64,000 nucleotides of DNA from Bacteroidia bacterium (GTDB lineage Bacteria; Bacteroidota; Bacteroidia; UKL13-3): assembly GCA_019695215.1 (NCBI GenBank), contig JAIBAK010000009.1:13389-77388 (forward strand). Reading direction: 5' to 3'. Positions 50,648 to 59,056 of the stretch are shown piece after piece. The position numbers and the translations under genes were made by a program. The notes beneath the pieces were generated by a model, which saw nothing but the letters and a program-made list of their open reading frames with translations, ran no database searches and was not told the DNA's origin. Every line of letters starts with the position of its first letter. Within the stretch, counting starts at the first letter, position 1.

Positions 50648-50750
50648 CGCCCGGGTAGGCGTCATACGACCAGCTCCCTTTGAACTCCCCCAGGCCTTGA
50701 CCGGAGCAAGGGCAAAAGGTTGTAGCGGTGCGATATGATGGCCGCCCTTT
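50648..50750 (+). ncRNA. candidate approximately 105-nt structured small RNA (weak small-SRP-like resemblance) in the divergent intergenic region
   Basis: The 5' GGGUAGGCGUCAUA can pair with the 3' UAUGAUGGCCGCCC (12 of 14 pairs). An internal hairpin CCUUG-ACCGGAG-CAAGG is present. The segment CCAGGCCUUGACCGGAGCAAGGGCAAAAGG loosely resembles the SRP domain-IV region. A U-run follows at 50748-50754. Strand is uncertain. Confidence 0.25.
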
Positions 50751-50856
50751 TTTGTTTATCAGCTCATTACAAAACGGTGAGTTGTTTGTGTACAAGTTGA
50801 CGGGTGCATAATCAACCTCCCCCTTATTTTTGATACCATACCAGAAAGCACATACC

Positions 50857-51513
50857 ATGAAATTTTTTATTGACACAGCCAACCTTGCCCAGATTAAAGA
50901 AGCCAACTCTTTAGGAATTCTTGACGGAGTAACCACCAATCCTTCGCTAATGGCTAAGGAAGGAATAACCGGCCGGGACAATATCCTGAAGCATTATGTG
51001 GATATATGTAAAATTGTAAAAGGCGATGTGAGTGCCGAGGTTATTTCAACCGATTTTGAAGGTATCATTCGCGAAGGAGAAGAACTGGCCTCGCTGCATG
51101 AAAACATTGTGGTAAAGGTTCCCATGATTAAAGACGGAATAAAAGCCATCAGTTATTTTAAGTCGGAAGGAATTCGTACCAACTGCACCTTAGTATTTTC
51201 ACCGGGTCAGGCAATTTTAGCTGCCAAAGCCGGTGCTACTTATATCTCCCCTTTTATAGGCAGGTTAGATGATATTGCTTTTAACGGGCTGGAGTTAATT
51301 GCTCAAATTGCAGGTATTTTTGCCATGCAGGGTTACGAAACGCAAGTATTGGCTGCCTCAATCAGAAATCCTATTCATATTGTAAAATGTGCCGAAATCG
51401 GGGCTCACGTTATCACAAGTCCGTTAGAACCAATTCTGGCTTTACTTAATCATCCGCTCACCGATAGCGGACTACAGAAGTTTTTAGCCGATCACAAAAA
51501 AGCGAACGGGTAA
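50857..51513 (+). CDS. transaldolase / fructose-6-phosphate aldolase family (short form)
   Basis: MKFFIDTANL ... GVTTNPSL ... the Schiff-base Lys context VKVP ... FSPGQA. Start chosen at ATG 50857. Confidence 0.8.
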   Translation: MKFFIDTANLAQIKEANSLGILDGVTTNPSLMAKEGITGRDNILKHYVDICKIVKGDVSAEVISTDFEGIIREGEELASLHENIVVKVPMIKDGIKAISYFKSEGIRTNCTLVFSPGQAILAAKAGATYISPFIGRLDDIAFNGLELIAQIAGIFAMQGYETQVLAASIRNPIHIVKCAEIGAHVITSPLEPILALLNHPLTDSGLQKFLADHKKANG

Positions 51514-51519
51514 TCTTAT

Positions 51520-52002
51520 TTAATCAATTTTATTAATCAAAAGGGTAAGGTCTGAATTTGATTCAGCCAAAATACCCCTTACTCCTGCTTTGGCTGCGGC
51601 TTCTATATCACGATGGGCATCGCCAATAAACCAACTTGCAGCTGCATTCAGTTTAAACCTTGCAATAGCCTTTTCTACCATCAGCGAATCAGGTTTACGG
51701 CAAATGCACTTTCCAAAATCGGGGTGGTGCGGGCAATAATATATTTCGAGCAAGGGTATTTGGGCGGCAGACAACAAATTGATTAACTTTTGATGAATTC
51801 TATCTAAAAAAGCATGGTTATATAAATTTTTAGCAACCCCGCCCTGATTGCTGATGACTACAAACTGAAACCCTTTAGCCTGCATGACTTTAAGAAACGG
51901 AACAAGGCTTGGATTGATATGAAAATCCGGTTCTGAGGTAACATAATTGCCTATTTCTGTATTAATAATGCCATCTCTGTCTAAAAAAATTGCTTTTTGC
52001 AT
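51520..52002 (-). CDS. HAD-IIIA hydrolase, D,D-heptose 1,7-bisphosphate phosphatase (GmhB)-like
   Basis: FLDRDGIIN with catalytic DxD, VISNQ, GDAHRDIEAA, and the Cys cluster typical of GmhB (CPHHPDFGKCICRKP). Confidence 0.7.
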   Translation of the reverse strand: MQKAIFLDRDGIINTEIGNYVTSEPDFHINPSLVPFLKVMQAKGFQFVVISNQGGVAKNLYNHAFLDRIHQKLINLLSAAQIPLLEIYYCPHHPDFGKCICRKPDSLMVEKAIARFKLNAAASWFIGDAHRDIEAAAKAGVRGILAESNSDLTLLINKID

Positions 52003-52790
52003 TAGTTTTATTAATTATTGCGTTAGTTATCGGATACAAAGAAAGAATAAATATTTTGTCAGACAGCATTGTTATTATTCCAACCTACAATGAAATAGAA
52101 AACATCGAACGGATGGTGAGGAAGGTATTTTCGTATGAAAAGGACTTCCATATTCTGGTAGTAGATGATAACTCGCCTGACGGAACCAGAACAGTTATTA
52201 AAAATTTGATGCCCGAATTTAGCGGAAGACTTCATATGCTGGAACGGGCAGGGAAAGAAGGATTGGGCCGCGCTTATATTGCAGGATTTAAATGGTGCCT
52301 GCAAAAAAACTATGGGTATATTTTTGAAATGGATGCCGATTTTTCGCACAACCCTGATGACCTGATAAAATTATATACCGCCTGCGTGCAGGGAGCCGAT
52401 ATGGCCATTGGTTCACGTTACAAAACGGGGATAAATGTGGTAAACTGGCCAATGAGCCGGGTAATGATGTCGTACTACGCCTCGTGGTATGTAAGATTTA
52501 TTACCGGCATGAGCATAAGAGATACTACAGCCGGATTTGTTTGTTACCGCAGAAAAGTGCTTGAAACAATTGAACTGGATAAAATTAAATTTAAAGGGTA
52601 CGCTTTTCAGATAGAGATGAAACATACCGCCTGGAAAATAGGTTTCCGTATTGAAGAAGTATCAATTATTTTTACTGACCGTACCGTGGGACAAAGCAAA
52701 ATGACCAAAGGAATTTTTAAAGAAGCTATTCTGGGAGTAATTGAATTATTTTTTAAAGGGCTGGTAAGAAAATATCCATCCATAAATTAA
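51990..52790 (+). CDS. polyprenol-phosphate sugar synthase (Dpm1-like GT2, dolichyl-phosphate mannosyltransferase family)
   Basis: IVIIPTYNEIENI, VVDDNSPDGT, and the DADFSH motif. The longest ORF overlaps the divergent gmhB start; a TTG at 52056 (MSDSIVIIP) is the more plausible start. Confidence 0.75.
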   Translation: MLFALVLLIIALVIGYKERINILSDSIVIIPTYNEIENIERMVRKVFSYEKDFHILVVDDNSPDGTRTVIKNLMPEFSGRLHMLERAGKEGLGRAYIAGFKWCLQKNYGYIFEMDADFSHNPDDLIKLYTACVQGADMAIGSRYKTGINVVNWPMSRVMMSYYASWYVRFITGMSIRDTTAGFVCYRRKVLETIELDKIKFKGYAFQIEMKHTAWKIGFRIEEVSIIFTDRTVGQSKMTKGIFKEAILGVIELFFKGLVRKYPSIN

Positions 52791-52796
52791 TATCAT

Positions 52797-53780
52797 TTGA
52801 CTCCTTCCAGTCATCCTGACATTTCATCCATTAACCGGATCAATTACCTGAATGTTTTTTTAATGCTTTTGTCCATGCTGCTTTCATGGTACAGGCCTTT
52901 CGAAGTTTTTACCCTATCACTTATCCTTATCGGTCCGCTTCATTATTTTACTGAAATTTCTTGGCTCGATAAAAGAAACTATTTCGCATTTTCCCGCTCA
53001 CAGTTTTGGTTATTTATTCCCATTAGTTTTTTTATTACCATAGGCGGACTGAACCGCGCCTCACCAATTAATCAGTATGCGGTAAGCCTTCTATTCGGCT
53101 GTTTTGTTTACGCATTTTTTTCAATACGCATACCAAATCTGCTAAAAAATCTGGCCGTTTATTTCGTAGCAGTTGCCATAGCGCATATAAGCGGAATGGA
53201 CATGCAGCCTTATTTCATCATCACCTTTGCTGTTTTATTGCCTACCATTTTGCATGTACTGGTATTTACTTTTTTATTTATGATTGCAGGAGTTAAAAAG
53301 AATCCCTTGCTCTCGGGCTTTGTTTCCCTTGCAGTATTTTTAGGTTGCACCGTTTTACTTTTAGTTCTCAACCCGTTTAAAAACGTGAATGAGCCGGGGC
53401 ATTTCTATATGGACTTTTATAAAAATATGGCTTCGCTTAATAAAGTACTGAGTGACTTATTGCATATTGGCCGAATTAATCAACCATCAGAAGTTTTTTC
53501 GGGCGATGCTCCGTATCGAATCATGTCGCTTATTTCATTTGCCTACCTTTACCATTACCTGAACTGGTTTTCGAAAACAGAAGTGATAGGCTGGCATAAG
53601 GTGAGCAAAAAAAGACTTATTTTTATTTTTGCTTTATGGATAGCAACAGTTGGCTTATACCTTATGGATCATAAAACAGGAATAAACGTAATTTTGTATC
53701 TGAGTTTGCTTCATGTTTTACTTGAATTTCCGCTTAATGCGTTATCCTTAAAACAGGTATTTACTTCAGGAGCCAAATAA
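52797..53780 (+). CDS. polytopic integral membrane protein of unknown function (about 9 TM)
   Basis: Hydrophobic helices throughout. Immediately downstream of the Dpm1-like gene, so a candidate lipid-linked-sugar-utilising glycosyltransferase partner. Confidence 0.4.
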   Translation: MTPSSHPDISSINRINYLNVFLMLLSMLLSWYRPFEVFTLSLILIGPLHYFTEISWLDKRNYFAFSRSQFWLFIPISFFITIGGLNRASPINQYAVSLLFGCFVYAFFSIRIPNLLKNLAVYFVAVAIAHISGMDMQPYFIITFAVLLPTILHVLVFTFLFMIAGVKKNPLLSGFVSLAVFLGCTVLLLVLNPFKNVNEPGHFYMDFYKNMASLNKVLSDLLHIGRINQPSEVFSGDAPYRIMSLISFAYLYHYLNWFSKTEVIGWHKVSKKRLIFIFALWIATVGLYLMDHKTGINVILYLSLLHVLLEFPLNALSLKQVFTSGAK

Positions 53781-53782
53781 GT

Positions 53783-54460
53783 TCAGAGAATCACATATCC
53801 CTTCTGGATGGCGTAAATTACTAAGCCGGCTGTATTTCTCGATTTGGTTTTAGCAAGCATTTTCATACGGTAATTCTCAATTGTTTTAGCACTTAATGAA
53901 AGGATGTCGCCAATTTCCTGTGTGGTATGCTCCTTACATATTAGTTCTAAAATGCTTATTTCCGTTTTGTTTAAATCAGGCGCATCGGCCACAGGAAGTG
54001 AAAATACCGGATGATTATTATTCACTAGTTTTTTGAAGAGAGTCACCGATAAATTATCAGCGAAATAATACTCTCCGGAGTTTACTATTTGAATAGCTTT
54101 AATAATTTCTTCGGGGTCGGCATCTTTTAAAATATATCCTCTGGCTCCGGCATCAAACATTTTTGAAACATACAGCTCCTGATTGGAAACAGACAATGCA
54201 ATAACCCGTGCATCAGGGAAAGCCTGCGTTAGTTGTTTTGTAGTACTTATCCCGTCCAATTTCGGCATATTAATGTCCATTAAAAAAATATCAGGACGTA
54301 CTCTGGGATAATTTAACAAAAGCTCTTCCCCGTTATCCGATTCAAGTACAATTTCAAAATCGGGGCAAACAGACAAAGCTGTTTTCAAACCTTCTCTGAA
54401 AATTTTATGATCGTCAGTAATTGAAATTTTAATTTTATCCATGCATTTAGTTTTCTTCAT
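53783..54460 (-). CDS. NarL/FixJ-type response regulator (receiver plus LuxR HTH)
   Basis: ISITDDH, IFLMDINMP, C-terminal HTH LTKTEISILELICKEHTTQEIGDILSLSAKTIENYRMKML. Confidence 0.85.
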   Translation of the reverse strand: MKKTKCMDKIKISITDDHKIFREGLKTALSVCPDFEIVLESDNGEELLLNYPRVRPDIFLMDINMPKLDGISTTKQLTQAFPDARVIALSVSNQELYVSKMFDAGARGYILKDADPEEIIKAIQIVNSGEYYFADNLSVTLFKKLVNNNHPVFSLPVADAPDLNKTEISILELICKEHTTQEIGDILSLSAKTIENYRMKMLAKTKSRNTAGLVIYAIQKGYVIL

Positions 54461-55265
54461 TCAGTTTCTGTTCTGGGGCCACTCGTATTTCCACTCTCAG
54501 CCCGTTTCCGGGTGATGAAATCCAATCAATACTTCCGCCTATCATTTGCACCCTGCTCTCAATATTCCGTAACCCCAAACCTTTCTTTTTGCCGCCCGTT
54601 GCAAAGTCTTTCGGATTAAATCCTGTTCCGTTATCCTCATAGGTATAAATTAAACCGGCATCAGAAACAGTTACTCCTAATTTAATTTTTGTTGCTGAAG
54701 CATATTTTATGGTATTATTAACCAGCTCCTGACTTATTCTGAACAATGCCAGTTCCGCTTCGGCCGGTATGGCGGCCTCACCTGCCTCATAAAAAAATGT
54801 AGTTTCCGTTGTGTTGCTTTCAAAATTACTGAGCAATTGAGCCAGCGCTTCTTTTAATCCAAAATCGAGCAATACTCCCGGCAACAGGCTGTGCGAAATG
54901 GAACGTACTTCTTGTATAGACTGTGTTGTGAGGGTTAAGCTCTGAGCAACCATAGAATCGATTTCTTCCTGATTTTTATTTGCCCGCTTTATTCCGTTAA
55001 TATTTAACTTAATTGCCGAAAGCATTTGGCCAACACTATCGTGTAACTCCCGTGCAAAATACTGCCGCTCCTTTTCCTGAGTATTAATTATAGCATTTAG
55101 TAATTCCTGCTGCCGCTCAATCTCCATTTGCTTTAGCATAAGCTTATAACTCTCCTTACGCTTTAAATACAAAACAACAAACGAAACAATGAATCCAATA
55201 AGGATAATCATTAACAAGGTTCCCCCAATAACGAAATAACTTATCGAATTGATTTTTTCAGACAT
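54447..55265 (-). CDS. sensor histidine kinase (HisKA_3 plus HATPase_c) with single N-terminal TM
   Basis: RELHDSVGQMLSAIKL (H-box), NTIKYASAT (N-box), GTGFNP, GLGLRNIESR (G-boxes). Confidence 0.8.
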   Translation of the reverse strand: MSEKINSISYFVIGGTLLMIILIGFIVSFVVLYLKRKESYKLMLKQMEIERQQELLNAIINTQEKERQYFARELHDSVGQMLSAIKLNINGIKRANKNQEEIDSMVAQSLTLTTQSIQEVRSISHSLLPGVLLDFGLKEALAQLLSNFESNTTETTFFYEAGEAAIPAEAELALFRISQELVNNTIKYASATKIKLGVTVSDAGLIYTYEDNGTGFNPKDFATGGKKKGLGLRNIESRVQMIGGSIDWISSPGNGLRVEIRVAPEQKLNEEN

Positions 55266-55870
55266 AAAAAAGCTGCCCCAAAAATTATATTGGTAAAAAT
55301 GTTAACTAACCCATGAAATGAATACAATTCTATTGGTAATTTCCTAACATACTTAGAGTAGTCATAGAATGAAAAAATAAAAAAATTAACCGAAAAGTAA
55401 ATGAATACTCCAGTAATAATCAGTGAATCACTTCGAAATAGCCCAAAATTATCCTGCTCTAATAACTTATATATGGTAAGCCCACTCCAAAAACACAACC
55501 ATATACATAAAATAGAAATGGGAATAGAATAAAAACGCATGATATTATCCCCCGTCATGGAATAGCAAATAGAAAAAAAACAAAAGAGAATTATGCCTAA
55601 ATACTGAATCTTATTAATAAATGGCTCCCACTTGTAAAATTCTGAAAAAAGATATGTATAAATAATAAAATCCATTAGACTATGTGCCTGAATAATAAAT
55701 AAATTATTTGTACGTGTGGCTGCCAAAACCAACGACCAGAATTCAGTAAACACGGTGACAATACAAAAAATAAAAAATGCCCTGTAGGGTGCATTTAGTT
55801 TGCGCACTACAACCAGCCCGCAAACGGCAGGTATAAGGGAAGAATAAATGGTCAATATGCCAATTGACAC
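55241..55870 (-). CDS. polytopic membrane protein (about 6 TM), probable separate sensor module of the downstream kinase
   Basis: Entirely hydrophobic helices. Its 3' end overlaps the kinase start. Confidence 0.45.
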   Translation of the reverse strand: MSIGILTIYSSLIPAVCGLVVVRKLNAPYRAFFIFCIVTVFTEFWSLVLAATRTNNLFIIQAHSLMDFIIYTYLFSEFYKWEPFINKIQYLGIILFCFFSICYSMTGDNIMRFYSIPISILCIWLCFWSGLTIYKLLEQDNFGLFRSDSLIITGVFIYFSVNFFIFSFYDYSKYVRKLPIELYSFHGLVNIFTNIIFGAAFLCLKKSIR

Positions 55871-56184
55871 TAGCTATTTAATGGATTATTAACGCTACAA
55901 TTAGTAGGACATGGTAAGCCAAAATCGGCTATTACCCCGCGTGTCATATCATTTTCTGAAGAATCGGCACCCACAAATACCAAGGTTGGCTGATTAGTAG
56001 TATCATTAAAAGCGTAGTAAACTCTGATGCCCATACAATCGGGCTGAGCCAGAATTTGATTTAATAAATCGCGGCCCATAAAAATCGCATTGACTGCATC
56101 CTGACCTTTTGCCCGGTAATTGGCGGTTAATGTGGCTGCTTCGTTTAGGGTGATGGCCGAACCCTCTGTTCCGTTAAATGGCAT
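55870..56184 (-). CDS. hypothetical 104-aa soluble protein, first gene of the two-component operon
   Basis: ATG at 56184 (MPFNGTEGSAITLNEAATL ...). The upstream part of the ORF-track entry runs over the repeat hairpins and is probably not translated. Confidence 0.35.
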   Translation of the reverse strand: MPFNGTEGSAITLNEAATLTANYRAKGQDAVNAIFMGRDLLNQILAQPDCMGIRVYYAFNDTTNQPTLVFVGADSSENDMTRGVIADFGLPCPTNCSVNNPLNS

Positions 56185-56244
56185 ACTAGTTATTTGGTTT
56201 AATGTTAAAAATAGCTTCCCTGATTCAGATATCTTCTGAAAAAA

Positions 56245-56283
56245 AGAGGGTTTTCCCTCTATAAAAAAGAGGGTTTTCCCTCT
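56245..56283. repeat. two tandem copies of palindromic element AGAGGGTTTTCCCTCT (third copy at 58952-58965)
   Basis: 56245-56260 and 56268-56283 are identical 16-mers, each a GAGGG-TTTT-CCCTC hairpin. 58952-58965 carries the same core with the same TTGT extension. Confidence 0.5.
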
Positions 56284-56553
56284 TGTGCTTATAGAAGCGT
56301 TCGCTCTAATTTTACATCCAAAAAATACCTGAACTATGAGGGCCCTATTTCTAGTTTGATCAGATTGATCCATCGCAGGTGTCGTTGCATCCCCCTAAAA
56401 TCTCTGACACTTTGCGGTGGGTCGGTTTGATTCTGTCAAATATACATAAAGCACCTCAAATGGTAAAAAGACGAAATTCTAATTTATGATAATGCGTTGA
56501 AACTAAATTTATTTATCCCGGGCAATCGAATAAATCGGATAGCCCACTTTTCA

Positions 56554-56570
56554 CCCTTTAGGGTAAATAC
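56554..56570. promoter_or_regulatory. ACCCTTTAGGGTAAATA motif immediately upstream of ATG 56575 (second copy ACCCTAAAGGGTAAATA at 58921-58937)
   Basis: A 12-bp near-palindrome ACCCTnnAGGGT plus TAAATA occurs exactly twice in the window, each time ahead of one sub-operon of the 56.5-62.4 kb cluster. Confidence 0.35.
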
Positions 56571-56716
56571 GCAAATGAAAAAGAAAAAACAGACAGGGAA
56601 AAAAGAAACCACTAAACAAAAAAAAGAGAAGAAATCTTTTTTAAAGACCTACTTACAATCGGTAATGATTAATTTTGAAGAAGGATATCGTTATATCGAA
56701 ACAATCAAACAACCCG

Positions 56717-57415
56717 ATGCAGGCACAAATAAATAATCAGGCTTCGTTTATTCAATTACCCGGCCTCATAAATAACCACTTTCTGACTGAAATTGATAAG
56801 CTGCTTGAAAATGCCAGTTTTATTGACGGGCAGGCAACCGCCACCATGGGCGCTAAAATGGTTAAGAATAATCTTCAGGCAAACCCTGCCCAACAGGAGT
56901 TAATGCAACATTTACAGTATTACATACTTCAGGCTTTTAACCAATCGGGCCTGTTTCAAAATGCTACTTTGCCAAAACAAATTTACGCCCCGGTTTTCAG
57001 TCGCTATTCCCCCGGAATGTACTATGGCTGGCATGTAGATAGCCCGGTAATGGGCCATCCTGCCGTGCGTACCGATATTGCCATGACTATCTTTTTGGAA
57101 GACCCTGATCAATACGAAGGAGGCGAACTTGAAATACAAACTGAAAATGGAACAGTAAAAATTAAACTGAATAAAGGAGATGCCGTTTGTTACCCGTGTC
57201 ACTACCTGCACCGCGTATGCGAGGTAACCAGTGGTACACGGAAAGTAGCCGTTACCTGGATTCAAAGCATGATAAAAAGTCCCGAACAGCGCAATATTCT
57301 TTTCCGGCTTAAAGAACTTCACACGCGTTTATTTGAAAAAGATGCTCAGTCGCCCGAAGCCAATGAATTGCTGCAAACCTATAGCAACCTGCTACGGATG
57401 TGGGCCGAAATATAA
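56717..57415 (+). CDS. Fe(II)/2-oxoglutarate-dependent oxygenase (PKHD-type hydroxylase, YbiX/PiuC-like)
   Basis: GQATA ... YSPGMYYGWHVDS gives an HxD facial triad; EGGELEI; distal RKVAVTWIQS. The ORF-track start at 56675 is possible; 56717 gives a YbiX-like length. Confidence 0.65.
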   Translation: MQAQINNQASFIQLPGLINNHFLTEIDKLLENASFIDGQATATMGAKMVKNNLQANPAQQELMQHLQYYILQAFNQSGLFQNATLPKQIYAPVFSRYSPGMYYGWHVDSPVMGHPAVRTDIAMTIFLEDPDQYEGGELEIQTENGTVKIKLNKGDAVCYPCHYLHRVCEVTSGTRKVAVTWIQSMIKSPEQRNILFRLKELHTRLFEKDAQSPEANELLQTYSNLLRMWAEI

Positions 57416-57990
57416 TAGACTCAGCAATGATTGACTTCTATAAATTTCCCTTCACTTTTAATATAAGTGAAACCCGAAAATTAGTACTTGAACTACCTTC
57501 AAACACCTGGATCCCTCATTACAACAAAAACGATTATGAAGGAGACTGGAGTGTAATTGCCCTGCGCTCGGGGTGGGGACATGAATCCAACATTTACTCT
57601 GTGCCTATGCCCGCTCATTCTTTTCAGGATACGCCTGTCATGAGCCAATTTTCTGATGTACAAAAAATATTAGAACGGCTTAAATGCGATAAAACATCGG
57701 TGAGGTTTATGAAATTGAGTAAGGGTGCCGATATAAAAGAACACTGTGACGACAACTTAGATGCTGAAACCTCGGGTGAAGCCCGACTGCATATTCCAAT
57801 ACAAACGCATAATGATGTTGCCTTTTATTTGAATAAACAACTCGTTAAAATGAAAGAGGGCGAATGCTGGTATCTTAATTTTAATTTGCCGCACAGCGTG
57901 GCAAATCCCGGACCGCTTGACCGCATACATCTGGTAATTGATTGCGTGGTGAACGATTGGTTAAGGCAACTGCTCTTTCATTCTGCCTGA
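57400..57990 (+). CDS. aspartyl/asparaginyl beta-hydroxylase-family cupin (AspH/LpxO/OlsC-like, no TM)
   Basis: RLHIPIQTHNDVAFYLNKQLVKMKEGECWYLNFNLPHSVANPGPLDRIHLVIDC matches the Asp_Arg_Hydrox core. An alternative start is ATG 57427. Confidence 0.6.
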   Translation: MGRNIIDSAMIDFYKFPFTFNISETRKLVLELPSNTWIPHYNKNDYEGDWSVIALRSGWGHESNIYSVPMPAHSFQDTPVMSQFSDVQKILERLKCDKTSVRFMKLSKGADIKEHCDDNLDAETSGEARLHIPIQTHNDVAFYLNKQLVKMKEGECWYLNFNLPHSVANPGPLDRIHLVIDCVVNDWLRQLLFHSA

Positions 57991-57992
57991 CC

Positions 57993-58928
57993 ATGCCAGT
58001 ATTTCCGTTACGGCCGGTTCTGGTTGCCGATCAAATTTATTTTTCGCCAGTTGAACTCAATGAAGATGCCTTTGGTGAACCGTTTTTTGATGATTGTTTA
58101 AAAACTACTCCTGTTAACGAAAAGTGCGACTTAGATACCTGCGAAGTTCCTCTTCACATCATCGAACCCGAAGCATTTATTTTTCATCTTTCCCATTGTG
58201 GTTCCACCCTGATGGCCCAATCACTGGCCGCCATAAACAGCCACCGGGTAATAAGCGAACCTGAAATAATTAATACCATTTTTTTATCTAAGGTATTTAA
58301 TAACGACCCTGACGAAAAATGTATTAACCGGCTGCGTTTAGCCATTCGCTTACTGCTGCAACCCGTTAATGCGAATGAAAAACATGCTTTTATTAAATTC
58401 ACCTCCTGGAATATTTTTCATGCTGAGTTAATAAGAAAAGCGTTTCCCGAAACTCGGTTTATATATATACACCGGGAGCCTGCCGAAGTTATCGCATCAC
58501 TTAAAAAAGATCCGAATGGTTTTGCTCAATGGAATAAACATGCTGCACCTGTACTTGCATCCCGGTATTTAAAAAAATCGGCTGATGAAATTTACCGGCT
58601 TACCACTGATGAATACCTTGGTGAAATGCTTTTGCTGCATATGCATCATGCGCTTCATTCATTGCCCGCGCATACTGGTTATCTCATTTTTCCGGATTGG
58701 ATAAAACAATTCCCCGATAACATTTTTAACGATTCCGCGCGCCTAACAGTCATTCGCAAAAAAATGACTCAACGCCTTTTATTCAATGCCAAAAAACCTG
58801 CTGAAAAATTTAATAAGTCCGGTGAACCAGCTGAAAAAATACTACTAAGCAATTCATTACGGATAAAAATACAGGAAATTCATCTTCGTATATTAGACCG
58901 TACAAGCAATAAAATTGGTTCAAAATAA
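57993..58928 (+). CDS. sulfotransferase-like protein (P-loop-like 5'-PSB HLSHCGSTL)
   Basis: Start ATG 57993 (MPVFPLRP), 2 nt after the upstream stop. HLSHCGSTLMAQSL and a later RFIYIHREPAEVIASL resemble PAPS-binding 5'-PSB/3'-PB elements. The family call is tentative. Confidence 0.45.
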   Translation: MPVFPLRPVLVADQIYFSPVELNEDAFGEPFFDDCLKTTPVNEKCDLDTCEVPLHIIEPEAFIFHLSHCGSTLMAQSLAAINSHRVISEPEIINTIFLSKVFNNDPDEKCINRLRLAIRLLLQPVNANEKHAFIKFTSWNIFHAELIRKAFPETRFIYIHREPAEVIASLKKDPNGFAQWNKHAAPVLASRYLKKSADEIYRLTTDEYLGEMLLLHMHHALHSLPAHTGYLIFPDWIKQFPDNIFNDSARLTVIRKKMTQRLLFNAKKPAEKFNKSGEPAEKILLSNSLRIKIQEIHLRILDRTSNKIGSK

Positions 58929-59056
58929 TTACCCTAAAGGGTAAATATTTTTAAAAAAAATGAGGGTTTTCCCTCTTGTTTTAAAACAAACAAAATCGGT
59001 TTTTTACAAAACTGATATCTGAAAAAATAAAATTTAAACCAAAGCAAAAACAAAAA

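Noticed and set aside
50574-50981. 135-aa minus-strand ORF spanning the carboxylase-transaldolase intergenic region
   Set aside because: It overlaps the transaldolase start and the structured RNA-like element. Its composition is unconvincing for a protein. The region is better explained as promoter, UTR or ncRNA.
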